Assembly (NCBI RefSeq): GCF_009914755.1
Contig: NC_060941.1
Source of the DNA: the human T2T-CHM13v2.0 reference genome, Homo sapiens
Length of the DNA stretch: 64,000 nt
Strand: one strand, 5' to 3'
Shown here: piece by piece, positions 19,750 through 40,671 of the stretch
How positions within the stretch are numbered: position 1 is the first letter of the stretch
Layout of the letters: each line of letters begins with the position of its first letter
Notes under the pieces: generated by a model
Database searches by the model: none
Told to the model about the DNA's origin: nothing
What the model saw: the letters and a program-made list of their open reading frames with translations, nothing else
Translations under genes and position numbers: made by a program

Positions 19750-22700
19750 TGTGATCAATTGAAATGAAGCCAGAAATGACAGAGACAATGGAAGACAAAG
19801 ATGTTAAAACAACTATTATAAGTTTGCACCATATATTCAAGAAGCTAGAAGAAAACAAGAGTATAATGTAGAACATGTAAGATATTTATTAAAAGACGCA
19901 AATGGAATTTATAGAGATGAAAAATACAATATTGATATGAAAAAATGAACTTCAGAGGATTCACAGCTGAGTAGGCACTGCAGGAGAAAAGATCAGTAAC
20001 CATGAATACACAGCAATAAAAACATCTAGAATAATGAAAAAACCAAAAAAAGTAAACAAATTACTAGGTCCTGTAGGATAATATCAAGTGGTCTAACATA
20101 CATGTAATTGGTGTCCCAAAAAGTAAACAAATTACTAGGTCCTGTAGGATAATATCAAGTGGTCTAACATACATGTAATTGGTGTCCCAAAAGGATGGGG
20201 TTGTTGATGGGGAAGGGGGGGGCCAAAAAAACTATTTGAAGAAATAAGGGCCACAGTTTTGCAAATTTGCTGAAAACCACAAAACCTATAGGTACAAGAA
20301 GCTCAACAAGCCCCATGCAGAATAAGCCTAATGAAAACATTGTAAATACACCTCATAATAAAACTGCTGAAACCAGGGATAAAGAAAAATTTTAAAAGCA
20401 GCAAGAGGAGAAAAATAAAAATTATATTTAAAGGATCAAAGAAAAGAATGATGGCAGACTTCTTGTCAGAAGCTGTGCAAGCCAGAAGAAAGTGGAGAAC
20501 TATCATTAAAGTACTAAAAGAAAAAAACTGTAAACTTAGAATTCTTTGCCCAGGAAAAAATAGCTTTCAAAAAAGAAAACTAAGTAAAGATGTTTTCAGA
20601 CAACTGAAATAATTCATAGCCAACAAGCCTGTGGGACAAGAAATGTTAAAGAAATTTCTTAGAACCCAGGAGGCGGAGGTTGTGGTGAGCCGAGATCACA
20701 CCACTGCACTCCAGCCTGGGCAACACGGCAAGACTTCGTCTTAAAAAAAAAAAAAAAAAAAGAGAGAGAAAGAAATTTCTTAGAAAGAAAGAAAATGATA
20801 TATGGAAATTTGGATCTAAACAAAGAAATAATGGTCTCCACAGATGGTAAATATGTGAGTAATATGAAAGACATTTTTACTCATCCAAAATCTTTTTTTA
20901 AAAATAATAGACTGTTTAAAACAAAAATAATAAAAATTTACTGTGGGCTTTAAGCATATGTAAAACCAAAATACATGCCAACAACAGCATGAAAAATGAG
21001 AGAAATAGAAGCATATTGTATATGATTCTTACAGCATATGTGGAGTGGTATAATTTTGAAGTTAGGGTGTGATGAGTTAGAGACATGTATTGTAAATCCT
21101 ACAGCAGCATTCAGCAAACTGTCAGCCAACAGGCCAAATCCAGCCCACAACCTGTTTTGGCAAGTAAACATTGGAACACAGCCACAGTCATTCATATATA
21201 CATTGTCTATGGCTATTTTTGTGCTACAATAGCAGAATTGAGTAGTGTCAGCAGAGATCATATGGCCCACAAAGCCTGTAATATTTATTTACTATTTGAC
21301 ACTTTACAGGAAAAAAAAAAAAGTTTGTCAATTCTTGCCCTAGAGCAGCCAAAAAATAAATAAATAATCTACAATTATAGTAGTTACTGTATTGGTAACT
21401 ACATTAAATATAAACGGCTTAAGTGCCCAGAGTACTGTTTAGAACTGCCAGATCCAATTTTTAAAAAGCAAGACCTACCTATATGCTGTTATGTCAGGAA
21501 TCCTGTCTCCAGACCACTCCTACATTTGGAGATTTGCTAGAAGGACTCATGAGTTTCAGCATATGATTGTATTAATACATATGGCTAAAATTTGTTATGG
21601 TGCTGTAGTAAGAATACACACATAGCCAGATCATAAGGGAAAAGACATAGGTGGAGTCAGGAGAAACCCATGTACAGGTTTCCATATGCTGCCTCCCTCT
21701 CATGAAGGATCACATAGAGTGCATCCTCTCTCCAGCACTGGAAATGGAGTAACATTTGTGTAACATTTCTGCCCAGGGAATTCCATTAGAGACCCCAGCA
21801 CCCAAGGATTTTATTAGGAGCTGGTCACATAGGCACCCTCTTTCTAGCACATCCAAAATTCCATGCTTCCAAATGGGAAGTAGGTATTCATTGTAAACCA
21901 AATTGTTTGCACAGTCTGGATATGGTCAACCACCCTTTTCTATTAACCGTTAACGAGGAGCTAAGTTTCTAGATGCCAGCCACAGGCCAACCTTGCTAGC
22001 AGGCATTTCTAAGGATAGCAGTCTCAAGCTTGCCCATTAACTCTTTCAGCACAGCTGATTACCAAAACAAAGGACAAAAAAACTACGTATCCAGCTAAAC
22101 ACAGGTTAGAAGAAAAAGATGAGAAAAAATATAATATAAAAACACTAATCAAAAGAAAGTTGTAGAGGCTATATAAAAATCAAACTAACTATATTTTTAA
22201 ATAAGCAATATTACCATGGATGAAGAGGAGTATTATATAATAAGTCAATTTTTCAAGAGGATATAACAATCCTAAGTGTATAGGCACCTCATAACAAAGC
22301 GTCAAAATACATAAAGCAAAAAAATGATAGAATCAAAAGAAGAAATAAACAAATCCATAATTATAGTTGGTTTCAAAACTCCTCTCTCAATATTTAGTAG
22401 AACAAGTAGACAGAAAACTAATTAGGATAAAAAAGACTTGGCAAAATTATCAACCAACTTAACCAATTTTACAGACACTCCAACAATGTCAGAATACACA
22501 TACTTTTCAAGAGTACACAGAACACTCACCAAAATCAACTATATTTTATGTCATAAAGCAATATGAGAGGATTAAAATCATACACAGTATATTAACTGAC
22601 TATAGCATAATTGAACTAAAAATCAATAACAGAAAGATATCAGAAAACCCACAAGTATTTGGAAATTAAATAGCATATTTCTAAATAATTCTAACTATAT

Positions 22701-25250
22701 TGAATAAAATAAAAATAAAAATATATAAAATTGGTAACAATTAGCTAAAGCAGAACTTAGAGGGAAATGTATAGCATGAGATGCGAATATCAGCAATGAA
22801 AAAAGTTCCCAAATCAATTATCTAAGCTGCACCTTAAGAAACTAGGAAAAAAATGGCAAAACAAACCCAAAGTAAACAAAATGAAGGAAATAATAAAGAG
22901 TAGAATTAATGAAAGTGAAAACAAAAAAATTATAAAACTTTATGAAACCAAAAGCTGGTTCTTTTTAAAAATGAATAAAATTAATAAACATTTACCAGAA
23001 TTTATAAGAAAAAAGAAAAAACAAAAACTTGAAAAAATCAGGATGGAAGGGGAGATATCATCATAAATCCTATAGACATTAAAAGGATTATAAGAATATG
23101 AATAATTTTCTGCAATTAAATTCAACTACTTAAATGAAGTGAACCAGTTCCCTATGAGACTCCATCAAAGCTCACCCAAGTAAAATGTATAACCTAAATA
23201 GCCCATATGTGTTTAAAAAATTGAATTCATGACTTAAAATTTCCCACAAAGAAAACCCCTGATCCACAAAGTATCCTTGGTAAATTCTACAACATTTAAG
23301 GATTAAATAATACCAATTTTACATAAACTCTTCTACTTCCAGGAAGATGGATAGACTTATGTTTCCCTATTCCTCCTGCTAAGTATAAATAAAAACCATG
23401 GCCATTTTATACAGAAGAAACATAAGACTCTGGAATATGTAGAGAGGAATGAAGACTATCTATGAACCTCAGGACCCAAGAAGGGACATGATAGTGAGTT
23501 TCTTGGATTTTCTTTATGCCTCATAGACCTCAGAATGGGAGAAAAAAAAAAAAAAAGCCAGCAAGCCAGAAATACCAGTGGATGCAGACAAAACAACAAC
23601 AACAACAAAACTGTTCTCTTCAGCAGAGAGAGATGAACCAGCAAAGAGACAGCCTAGCGAGACAGAAAACTTACAGACAATAAGCATGCTACTTCAGCCA
23701 TACACCACAGAAAAAACAGGAATCCTTATCATGATTGAAATGTTTTGTGTCTTGACTGTATCAATGTCAGTATCTTGGTTGTGATATTGTACTATAGTTT
23801 TTCAAGCTATTACCATTAGGGGAGACCAGGTAAATGGTACACAAGATCTGTCTGTATTATTCCTTACAACTATAAATATACCTATAATTATCTCAAAATC
23901 GTAAGTTTAATTTTTTAAATCACCATACAAAACCTGCAGATGTTTATAACAGCATTATTCGTAACTGCCAAAACTTGGAAGAAACCAAGATGTACTTCAG
24001 TAGGTAAATGGATAAACTGCAGTACATCCAGACAGTGGATTATTATTCAATGCTTTTTAAAAAATCAGCTATCAAGCCATGAAAAGAAACAGAGGGAACT
24101 TAAACACATACTACTAAGTGAAAGATGTCAATATGAAAAGGCTACATACTGTATTATTCTAACTATGTGACATTCTGAAAAATGGAAAACAATGGAGGCA
24201 GTAAAAACACTGGTTGCCCAGAGTTAAGAGTGAGGATGGCATGAGTAGGTCAAGCACAGAAAAATTTTAGGACACTGAAACAATAATGATGAATATGATA
24301 CTATAATGGTGGATACTTGTCATATACTATAATGATACAACATGATACTGTATTTGTACAATACTGTAACGGTGGATACATACAATTATACTGCAATGAC
24401 ATATACTAAAATGGTGGATACGTGGCATTAAACTGTAATGATACAATATGATACTGTAATGGTAGATACATGTCATTATAAATTTGTCCAAACACATAGA
24501 ATGTACAACGCAAAGGGCAAACCCTACGGTAAACTACGGACTCTGAGTGATAATGAGGTGAATGCAGGTGCATCACTTGTAACAAAGGTACCGCTCTGGT
24601 GGGGAATGTTGATAGTGGTGGAGGTTGTGCATGTGTCGAGGCAGAAGATATAAGGGTAATCTCTGTACTTGCTGCTCAATTTGCTGTGAAACTAAAACTG
24701 CCCTAAAAAAAAAAAAATAAAGTATATTAAGAAAAGGCATAGAGAAAACTTCTCAACAAATTTTATGAAAACAGAATTAACGTGACACCAAATACGTTAT
24801 GAGCAAATGACAGATCAGCTTTCCTCATAAACACAAATGCAAAATTCCTTAGCAAAATGTTAACAAATCAAATCACACAATATAAGAATAAGATAATATA
24901 TCATGGCTAAATGCGGTAATCCTAGGAATACAAGATTAGTTTTAAGATTCAAAAATCAGTCAGTGAAGTTTACCATATTAATGTGCTACATTTAAAAATC
25001 ATATGATCATCTTCATAAATGCAGAGAAGGCGTTTGACAAAATTGAACACCAAATCTTCATTTTAAAATATCAAAAAAAAACAGAAATCAAAGGAAATGT
25101 CAACTTAAAGGATATCCAAAGAAAACATATTTAATTGTGAGGGACTGCCTGCTTTCTCTCTAAGTTTGGGAACAAGGCAAGGTTTTCCATCCTCATCACT
25201 TTTGTTCATCATTGCCATGAATGTCCTTCATAACGTGGTAAGGGAAGACA
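19750..25250 (+). mobile_element. Old fragmented L1 (ORF1, ORF2, 3' UTR pieces) interrupted by a truncated Alu, MER58-like element and an LTR
   Basis: A-rich + strand, ORF2-like peptides (ETKSWFF; FITALFVTAKTWKKP), no long ORF. Confidence 0.8.
21492..22052. mobile_element. ERVL solo LTR, MER21/MER68/MER77 group
   Basis: TGTCAGG...GCTAGAAGGACTCA...GGTCACATAGGCACCCTCT...TTCTAAGGATAGCAGTCTCA...CA. Confidence 0.65.
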
Positions 25251-26100
25251 TGGCTACACAGATGGGGTCTCATAAAACAAAGTGAATGATCTTCTTTGAT
25301 CATTTATTTTGTCCTTTGCACTAAATTTCATCTTTATACTTAATGTTATTTTATTAAATAATCAGCTATTTAAAGGGAAACAATTATTACATAAGCTATA
25401 CATTGCATGTAGCAATGAATTATCACATAACTACAGATATGAGGAAGACCGTATTGTCTCAGAAGCTTGATTTGGGCTCAGAGATATAAGCAGCATATTA
25501 AACCCATTTCTCAGAAGCCTGTGTACACTAAAGCAGAGATTCCAAACAAAGGAAACAGTTTTTTTCTATTTTAACCTAATAATGATATTCATTTCAGCAG
25601 ATCCTTAGGGAAATCTACCAGAAAAAACTTGCTCATCAAATTCGGGTTTGGTTGAAAGTGATAAATGTTGGTGGCACATACAGGGCTCTTTTACATCCCA
25701 TGGAGCCTTGATGTGGCCTCAGATTCATCACAACACCCTGCTCTGGTCATTCACCTCAAAACATCTGGATAAATACGTGGAATGAAATCTATTTTCTATC
25801 CCTGTAATAAAGTCCTGTTACTTGGGGGAAAATGTTTGTAATTCACACTGTACTCATTCAGGCTGGTCCATCTGTTGCTGGTCTGATTAGGGATATTGGT
25901 CTTTTCTTTAAAACATTGAGGTTTTTATGTCTTAAAATAGTCCGGCCACCAGACACTACAGTCTAGAAAGTGAATTCGTAATAATTATACTTCATGTAGG
26001 AAGTTCATAAAGAAGTTACCAGTTTATTTCTTATAAATCAGGAGCCTCTGGCTGTCACTCAGGAGACTGAAATATGTTCATCTTAAGGTAGGTATGCTTA

Positions 26101-27392
<1,292 letters not shown>

Positions 27393-27864
27393 TTAAAGTT
27401 GATTACATATCCAATAGCTCGATTTCTGAAAGAAATCCCTGATTTGGGGGAATATAGATCTTTGTAGGCGCTGGCTTCTTGGGTTTCTAAGCTGCATGCA
27501 GGAGAGTCATGGAATTTAAGCTTTAGGCTAAGGTCATGTGGCACTGAACCCACAAGTGGTTTAAGGTCTGCAATGGGAAGCAATTGTGTCTTTTGAAACA
27601 CTGTGAGTAGAACAGTTGAGACTCTGACATCAGAGCAGGGAGGGTTTTCAAGGACCAGCTTCTGTGAGACAAACCTTCCAAAGCAAGTACTAGACAGGAC
27701 AGTCATTGTGTCACCTACCCCTGGAGTTTTATGTTCAAATGACATGAACAAGGATGGATAACTCTTGTCTGCCTGGGTGCCATGAGCCAGGGGTCTCTGA
27801 GGCCAGGTGTTTTCAGGGACTTCCCACCTTCTCACGCTTTCCCCCTCCCATTCTTTATCTTCAG

Positions 27865-28254
27865 GGGGAGCTGACTATGACCAGCCACATGGAGAACTTA
27901 CAGAATGCCCTGTACTTCGATATGGTGCCAGAGTCCTGGGCTAGACGAGCCTACCCTTCCACAGCAGGCCTGGCAGCCTGGTTTCCAGACCTCCTCAACA
28001 GAATCAAGGAGCTAGAGGCTTGGACGGGTGACTTTACAATGCCCTCCACTGTGTGGCTGACAGGCTTCTTCAACCCCCAGTCGTTCCTGACTGCCATCAT
28101 GCAGTCCACGGCTCGCAAGAATGAGTGGCCACTGGACCAGATGGCCCTGCAATGTGACATGACGAAGAAGAACAGAGAAGAGTTTAGGAGTCCTCCTCGG
28201 GAAGGGGCCTACATCCATGGCCTCTTCATGGAAGGTGCCTGCTGGGACACACAG
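27865..28254 (+). CDS. DNAH9: Dynein heavy chain penultimate exon, 130 aa ([10 protein letters not shown]...GACWDTQ)
   Basis: Pyrimidine tract + cag| acceptor, CAG|gtaaag donor, 390 nt; motifs [14 protein letters not shown] and [12 protein letters not shown]. Confidence 0.96.
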
Positions 28255-28989
28255 GTAAAGCTTGGAATGAACCAAAGGGCAGCTTTCTGGGGGCTGATTA
28301 AATACACATTGCTTCCTATGAAGTGTGACTACTAAAAGAGATATTCCTGAATCTTTTTCTCTAGCTAACCTTCTTTCCTTGAGGCCATCAGGCCATTTTT
28401 ATTTAGCCAGGGGTGGTGCAAAGAGCGTAAGTTTTGCAGAGGCAGTAGAGTGGAGAGGTTAATAGCAAGGCCTTTGGAACCAGACTGGCTGGGTCTGAAT
28501 CCCAGCACCACCATTTATTAACTCTGTAACTTTAGATATAGTTTCACCTTTCCAGACCTCACCTGTTAGATGGGAGAAGAGCGTCATTGTAAAAGTTAAA
28601 CGAGCTAATATGTAAGACACTTGAACAGTGCCTGGCACATAGGCAGTTATCAAAAAATGTTGGAGTCAGCTATCTCTGCTGCTGCTGCTGTGTGTCTGTC
28701 GCCCAGGCTGGAGTACAGTGGCACGATCTTAGCTCACTGCAACCTCCGCCTCCCGAGTTCAAGCAATTCTCCTGCCTCACCTCCTTGGTCCACTTTCCAC
28801 ATTCATGAGCTCTCAAAGGGCAGGAATCTTCTGCCTTTTATGTTGTCCTATGTTGGCAAAGAGGAGCCAGTAGATATCACTTAAAGTGGCATTTTGAAAG
28901 GATTCCTTATCAAAGGCTAATAAAAACGTGAGTCACATGAGATTGGAGAAGATGTTTTGTCACCAATAAGAATATGCAAATAGAGATTT

Positions 28990-30115
<1,126 letters not shown>

Positions 30116-30509
30116 ATTCAAGAGCCAACAGAAAGGACAGTAAAGTAGGGTAATGTTTAGAAAGCCTGAATCTTGAGAAGGAAGTTGACTTCCCTCTCTC
30201 CACCTGAACATTTGCACAAGATTCTGTCAGTGGAGATCATATATGGATTGCATTAGGTATAAGGTGGCCTAGAGCAAGCCACAGCTATTAATAGAATCCT
30301 CCAAACCACCAAAATGAGAGAAGTACCAAAAGGAAAGTAGGCAAGAAGCTCAGAAGGAAAGTCAGTGACACTGGAAGTGGGGGAATGATATCAGTTTCAA
30401 TTGTCAACCTCCCATTTTTCATACCTCATTGTAAATAATAATAAAAACTTCCCCAAAATCAATACTTCTTCACCAAAAGCTGTTGTTCTCAAAGGTTTTA
30501 TCCCAGAAA

Positions 30510-34170
<3,661 letters not shown>

Positions 34171-35297
34171 AAAAGGATTGGTTTTACAGTATGTTGGGGA
34201 AAAAAAAAGAGGTTCTACCTCTGTTCCTATTCCTTGCCATACACATTCATCTCTATGGGGCAAGGAGGTCCCCACTGTTTACCTTAATTCTGTTACTCAC
34301 CATCCTTTACCTCATCAGCCTCTAAAAGAAGTGAAGAGCTACATCCTTCCCTTTAAATAAATTTCACACAAATAAACCAAACTTTGTCCATGGCATAAAG
34401 GCCTCAGAGTCACATGGACACAAAGAATCTGTGAAACACTCTGAATCAGCATTTCCCAAAGTATGGTCCATAAGGCACTAGTGCTATGGGAAATGAATAG
34501 GTTGCAAAGAGAAAGGTCCTGTGGTCAAATAAGTTTGGGAAACACCAGGTTAAATAAACTGTTTTCTTTATTGCTAGGACTTCTTGTGTTCAGTGTGGTA
34601 GTGTATGTTGTAAAACGTCAAGTCCAGAATATGGTAAGCACCACTTCCCAAATTTATTGGACCAAGGGAGACTTTGGCTCCGCAGAACATTTCTCGGGAC
34701 TAGTAGGAAAAATTGCTCTGTACAGCTGTATTGAAATAGCTCAGAAAATCATAGGGAGGCCTCATCTGGAAAGCTACAGAATACTCAGGTCCACATTACA
34801 TGAGTAAAGATAGAATGTAGCCCTCTCCACTCTAGAGGATGGAGGAAGTTGCATATGAAATAGAAAAGAAACAGAAACAGGACATAACAAAAGCTTTAAA
34901 AGCTAAAGCATTTACTGGCAGAAACTGTGTCTTAGTCATTTTTAAATCCCCAGCACCTAGCCCGACATCTGGCAAATATACACATTCGATATGCTCATGA
35001 AATGAATTAATGAAAAAACAAACTAGGAGAGAATCAAGCTCCAAAGGGATTCATTTGTATATGATAATAGCTTTTGGAACTCTGCTTCACCTGATTTAGG
35101 CAGAGAAAAATAGAAACGTGTTTCTACATATCAGATGCATTCCATCAAAGGCTGCTGAGAAAACCTGGAAGGGGGCAGGCATAAAGGCAGCCATGTCAGT
35201 CCAGTCTTTCCTCCCTTGGATCTGCTGACAAGAGCAAGGCTGGTTGGCTGGGCTCTGGGTCTGATCTAAGGTGCCTCTTCTCATGTTTTATCCTCAG

Positions 35298-35525
35298 GCT
35301 GGGATCATTACAGAGGCAAAGCTGAAGGATCTGACACCCCCTATGCCTGTGATGTTCATCAAGGCCATTCCTGCAGATAAGCAGGACTGCCGCAGTGTCT
35401 ATTCCTGTCCTGTGTACAAGACTAGTCAGCGGGGACCCACCTACGTGTGGACTTTCAACCTGAAGACTAAGGAAAACCCATCCAAGTGGGTTCTGGCTGG
35501 AGTAGCCTTGCTTCTCCAGATTTAG
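35298..35525 (+). CDS. DNAH9: Dynein heavy chain terminal coding exon (AGIITEAK...[13 protein letters not shown])
   Basis: cctcag| acceptor; YSCPVYKT and [10 protein letters not shown]-terminal motifs, TAG at 35523-35525; gene identity from C-terminus and adjacency to ZNF18. Confidence 0.95.
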   Translation, partial: AGIITEAKLKDLTPPMPVMFIKAIPADKQDCRSVYSCPVYKTSQRGPTYVWTFNLKTKENPSKWVLAGVALLLQI

Positions 35526-35547
35526 CATCCTGCAGAGCCACCGAGAA

Positions 35548-35730
35548 AATAAAAAAGCTGGGCTTGGAGGCTGCCTAGAGGGACAGGTGGGTGAAGGGTC
35601 ACCACAGACACTTAGAACGGTAAGAAACCATGAGCACTCACAATTCTGTAGAATTCCTCTAGGGAACTTGGAGAGGTGTGCCTAAGGTGAGGCTGAGCTG
35701 AAGGAATGTGGGCCCAGGTTTCTTAATAAA
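35548..35730 (+). terminator. DNAH9 polyadenylation signals (AATAAA at 35548-35553 and 35725-35730)
   Basis: Two canonical hexamers downstream of the stop; the distal one is followed by a GT-rich element (TGTGTCT). Confidence 0.7.
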
Positions 35731-36305
35731 ATGATTTACTCTTCAACTGTGTCTGGCCCAGGATTTGAGAGCTGCTGAATCATAAATGATCATGTAGAGA
35801 CCAAGAGAAACAAACCACAAGGGCCCTGACCTTGTTACACAACACTATCCTAGGTGCTCTTCTTCCAGGCTACCCCACGCAGTCCTTGGACCAGTGGTAT
35901 TGGCATCACCCATGAACCAGAATCTCCATTTTAACAATCTCTCTGGAAAATCTGTATGCACATTATAGTTTGAGAAACACTATCCTGGAGCAGGGGTCAC
36001 CAACATTTTTCCATAAAGAGCCAGTTAGTGAATACTTTTAGTGATTTACAGGCCACAATGCCTCTGTTTGAACTTTGCAACTTTGCCGTGGTAGACCAAC
36101 AGTAACCATAAATGATGAGTAAATGAAGGGGTGTGATTGCATTCTAACAAATTTTATTTACAAAAACAAGCAATGGGCCATATTTTGCTGATCCCTGCTG
36201 TAGAGGATAAGGGATGTGTATACTGATATTTATCCTTCATTAATTCATGCATCCACTCAATACATTTTAATCTGACACCTACTATTTGTTGTGGATACAA
36301 TGTGA

Positions 36306-37688
<1,383 letters not shown>

Positions 37689-37753
37689 TCAGGCCTAAAG
37701 AAGGAGGTGGAAGATGGTGGGAGGTGGAAGATGGTGGGAGGGGGAAGTCTCAC

Positions 37754-38187
37754 TGTCAGGCCTCTGAGCCCAAGCCAAGCCATCGCATCTCCTGTGACTT
37801 GCACCTATACGCCCAGATGGCCTGAAGTAACTGAAGAATCACAAAAGAAGTGAAAAGGCCCTGCCCCGCCTTAACTGATGACATTCCACCATTGTGATTT
37901 GTTCCTGCCCCAACTTAACTGAATGATTAACCCTGGGAATTTCCTTCTCCTGGCTCAGAAGCTCCCCCACTGAGCACCTTGTGACCCCCGCCCCTGCCCA
38001 CCAGAGAACAACCCCCTTTGACTGTAATTTTCCATTACCTTCCCAAATCCTATAAAACGGCCCCACCCCTATCTCCCTTTGCTGACTCTCTTTTCGGACT
38101 CAGCCCACCTGCACCCAGGTGAAATAAACAACCATGTTGCTCACACAAAGCCTGTTTGGTGGTCTCTTCACACGGACGCACATGAAA
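37754..38187 (+). promoter_or_regulatory. HERV-H 5' LTR (LTR7 family, probably LTR7Y)
   Basis: TGTCAGGCCTCTGAGCCC...CATGAAA, 434 bp; TATAAAA 38051-38057, AATAAA 38123-38128; U3 repeat layout resembles type Ia. Confidence 0.9.
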
Positions 38188-38189
38188 TT

Positions 38190-38207
38190 TGGTGCCGTGA
38201 CTCGGAT
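38190..38207 (+). other. Primer binding site for tRNA-His
   Basis: TGGTGCCGTGACTCGGAT immediately after the 5' LTR. Confidence 0.95.
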
Positions 38208-38330
38208 CGGGGGACCTCCCTTGGGAGATCAATCCTCCGTCCTCCTGCTCTTTGCTCCATGAGAAAGATCCACCTACGACCTCAGGTCCTCAGACTGATC
38301 AGCCCAAGAAACATCTCACCAATCTCAAAT

Positions 38331-38339
38331 CCGGTAAGT
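38331..38339 (+). promoter_or_regulatory. HERV-H major splice donor
   Basis: CCG|GTAAGT about 150 nt into the leader. Confidence 0.75.
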
Positions 38340-38793
38340 GGCCTCTTTTTACTCTCTTCTCCAACCTCCCTCACTATCCCTCAACCTCTTTCTCCTTTCA
38401 ATCTTGGCGCCACACTTCAATCTCTCCCTTCTCTTAATTTCAATTCCTTTCATTTTCTGGTAGAGACAAAGGAGACACGTTTTATCCGTGGACCCAAAAC
38501 TCCGGCGCCGGTCACGGACTGGGAAGGCAGCCTTCCCTTGGTGTTTAATCATTGCAGGGACACCTCTCTGATTATACACTCACATTTCAAGGGTGTCAGA
38601 CCACACAGGGACGCCTGCCTTGGTCCTTCACCCTTAGTGGCAAGTCCCGCTTTTCTGGGGAAGGGTCAAGTACCCCAACCCCTTCTCTTGTCTCTACCCC
38701 TTCTCTGCTTTTCTGGGGCAGGGGCAAGTACCCCTCAACCCCTTCTCCTTCACCCTTAGCGGCAAGTCCCGCTTTCCTAGGGGGCAAGAACCC

Positions 38794-39066
38794 CCCAATC
38801 CCTTATTTCCACACCCCAACCTCTTATCTCTGCGCCCCAGTCCCTTATTTCCACGCCCCAACCTCTTGTCTCTGCGCCCCAATCCCTTATCTCTGCGCCC
38901 CAATCCCTTATTTCCACACCCCAACCTCTTATCTCTGCGCCCCAGTCCCTTATTTCCACGCCCCAACCTCTTATCTCTGCGTCCCAATCCCTTATTTCCA
39001 CGCCCCAACCTCTTATCTCTGCGCCCCAATCCCTTATCTCTGCGCCCCAATGCCTTATTTCCGCGC
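38794..39066 (+). repeat. 21-bp minisatellite, 13 units, in HERV-H leader/pre-gag
   Basis: Units such as CCCAATCCCTTATTTCCACAC and CCCAACCTCTTATCTCTGCGC counted directly. Confidence 0.9.
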
Positions 39067-39099
39067 CCCGACCCCCCCCTCCCGCTTTTCTGGAAGGTA

Positions 39100-40372
39100 A
39101 GAACCCCCGAACCCCTTCCCTCCGTGTCTCTACGCTCTCTTTTCTCTGGGCTTGCCTCCTTCACTATGGGCTTGCCTCCTTCACTATGGGCAAGCTTCCA
39201 CCTTCCATTCCTCCTTCTTCTCCCTTAGCCTGTATTCTTAAGAACTTAAAACCTCTTCAACTCTCACCTGACCTAAAATCTAGGCGTCTTATTTTCTTCT
39301 GCAATGCCGCTTGACCCCAATACAAACTCCACAGTAGTTCCAAATAGCCGGAAAACGGCACTTTCAATTTTTCCATCCTACAAGATCTAACTAATTCTTG
39401 TCGTAAAATGGGCAAATGGTCTGAGATGCCTGACGTCCAGGCATTCTTTTACACATCAGTCCATTCCTAGTCTCTGTGCCCAATGCAACTCGTCCCAAAT
39501 CTCCCGCCTGTCCCCTCAGTCCCAACCCCAAGCGTCGCTGAGTCTTTCTAATCTTCCTTTTCTACAGACCCATCTGACCTCTCCCCTCCTCGCCTGGCCA
39601 AGCTAGGTCCCAATTCTTCCTCAGCCTCCACTCCTCCACCCTATAATCCTTTTATCGCCTCCCCTCCTCACACCTGCTCCGGCTTACAGTTTCATTCCGT
39701 GACTAGCCCTCCCCCACCTGCCCAGCAATTTACTCTTAAAAAGGTGGCTGGAGCTAAAGACATAGTCAAGGTTAATGCTCCTTTTTCTTTATCCCAGATC
39801 AGATAGCGTTTAGGCTCTTTTTCACCAAATATAAAAACCCAGTTCATGGCTCGTTTGGCAGCAACCCTGAGGCGCTTCACAGCCCCAGACCCTAAAAGGT
39901 CAAAAGGCCGTCTTATTCTCAATATACATTCTATTACCCAATCTGCTCCCGACATTAACTCCAAAAATTGGAATCTGGCCCTCAAACCCCACAGCAGGAC
40001 TTAATTAACCTCACCTTCAAGGTGTACAATAACAGAAAAAAGTTGCAATTCCTTGCCTCCACTGTGAGACAAACCCCAGCCACATCTCCAGCACACAAGA
40101 ACTTCCAAACGCCTGAACTGCAGCAGCCAGGCGTTCCTCCAGAACCTCCTCCCCCAGGAGCTTACTACAAGTGCCAGAAATCTGGCCACCAGGCCAAGGA
40201 ATGCCTGCAGCCCAGGATTCCTCCTAAGCCGTGTCCCATCTGTACGGGACCCCACTGGAAATCGGACTGTTCAACTCACCTGGCAGACACTCCCAGAGCC
40301 CCTGGAACTCTGACCCAGGGCTCTCTGACTGACTCCTTCTTGGCTTACCGGCTGAAAACTGACGCTGCCTGA
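39100..40372 (+). pseudogene. gag: HERV-H gag remnant with nucleocapsid zinc knuckles
   Basis: ORF 39968-40372 has YYKCQKSGHQAKEC (first Cys lost) and CPICTGPHWKSDC; upstream part disrupted. Confidence 0.85.
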
Positions 40373-40399
40373 TCGCCTCGGAAGCCCCGTAGACCATCA

Positions 40400-40671
40400 C
40401 GGACGCCGAGCTTTAGGTAACTCTCACAGTGGAAGGTAAGTCCGTCCCCTTCTTAATCAATATGGAGGCTACCCACTCCACATTACCTTCTTTTCAAGGG
40501 CCTGTTTCCCTTGCCTCCATAACTGTTGTGGGTATTGACAGCCAGGTTTCTAAACTTCTTAAAACTCCCCAACTCTGGTGCCAACTTAGACAACACTCTT
40601 TTATGCACTCTTTTTTAGTTATCTCCACCTGCCCAGTTCCCTTATTAGGCCGAGATATTTTAACCAAATGA
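40400..40671 (+). pseudogene. pro: HERV-H protease remnant
   Basis: VPFLINMEATHS (catalytic DTGA degenerate) and LLGRDIL motif, followed by a stop. Confidence 0.85.

Noticed and set aside
24290-24480. Degenerate ATACT(A/G)TAATGGTGGATAC repeats
   Set aside because: Local slippage within an L1 3' UTR, no sign of function
38794-39066. Regular repeat array resembling CRISPR
   Set aside because: No unique spacers, no cas genes, eukaryotic retroviral context
38079-39228. Long overlapping ORFs (226, 182, 156, 120 aa) in the HERV-H leader
   Set aside because: Explained by low stop density and the 21-bp repeat; most lack an ATG start and there is no coding evidence
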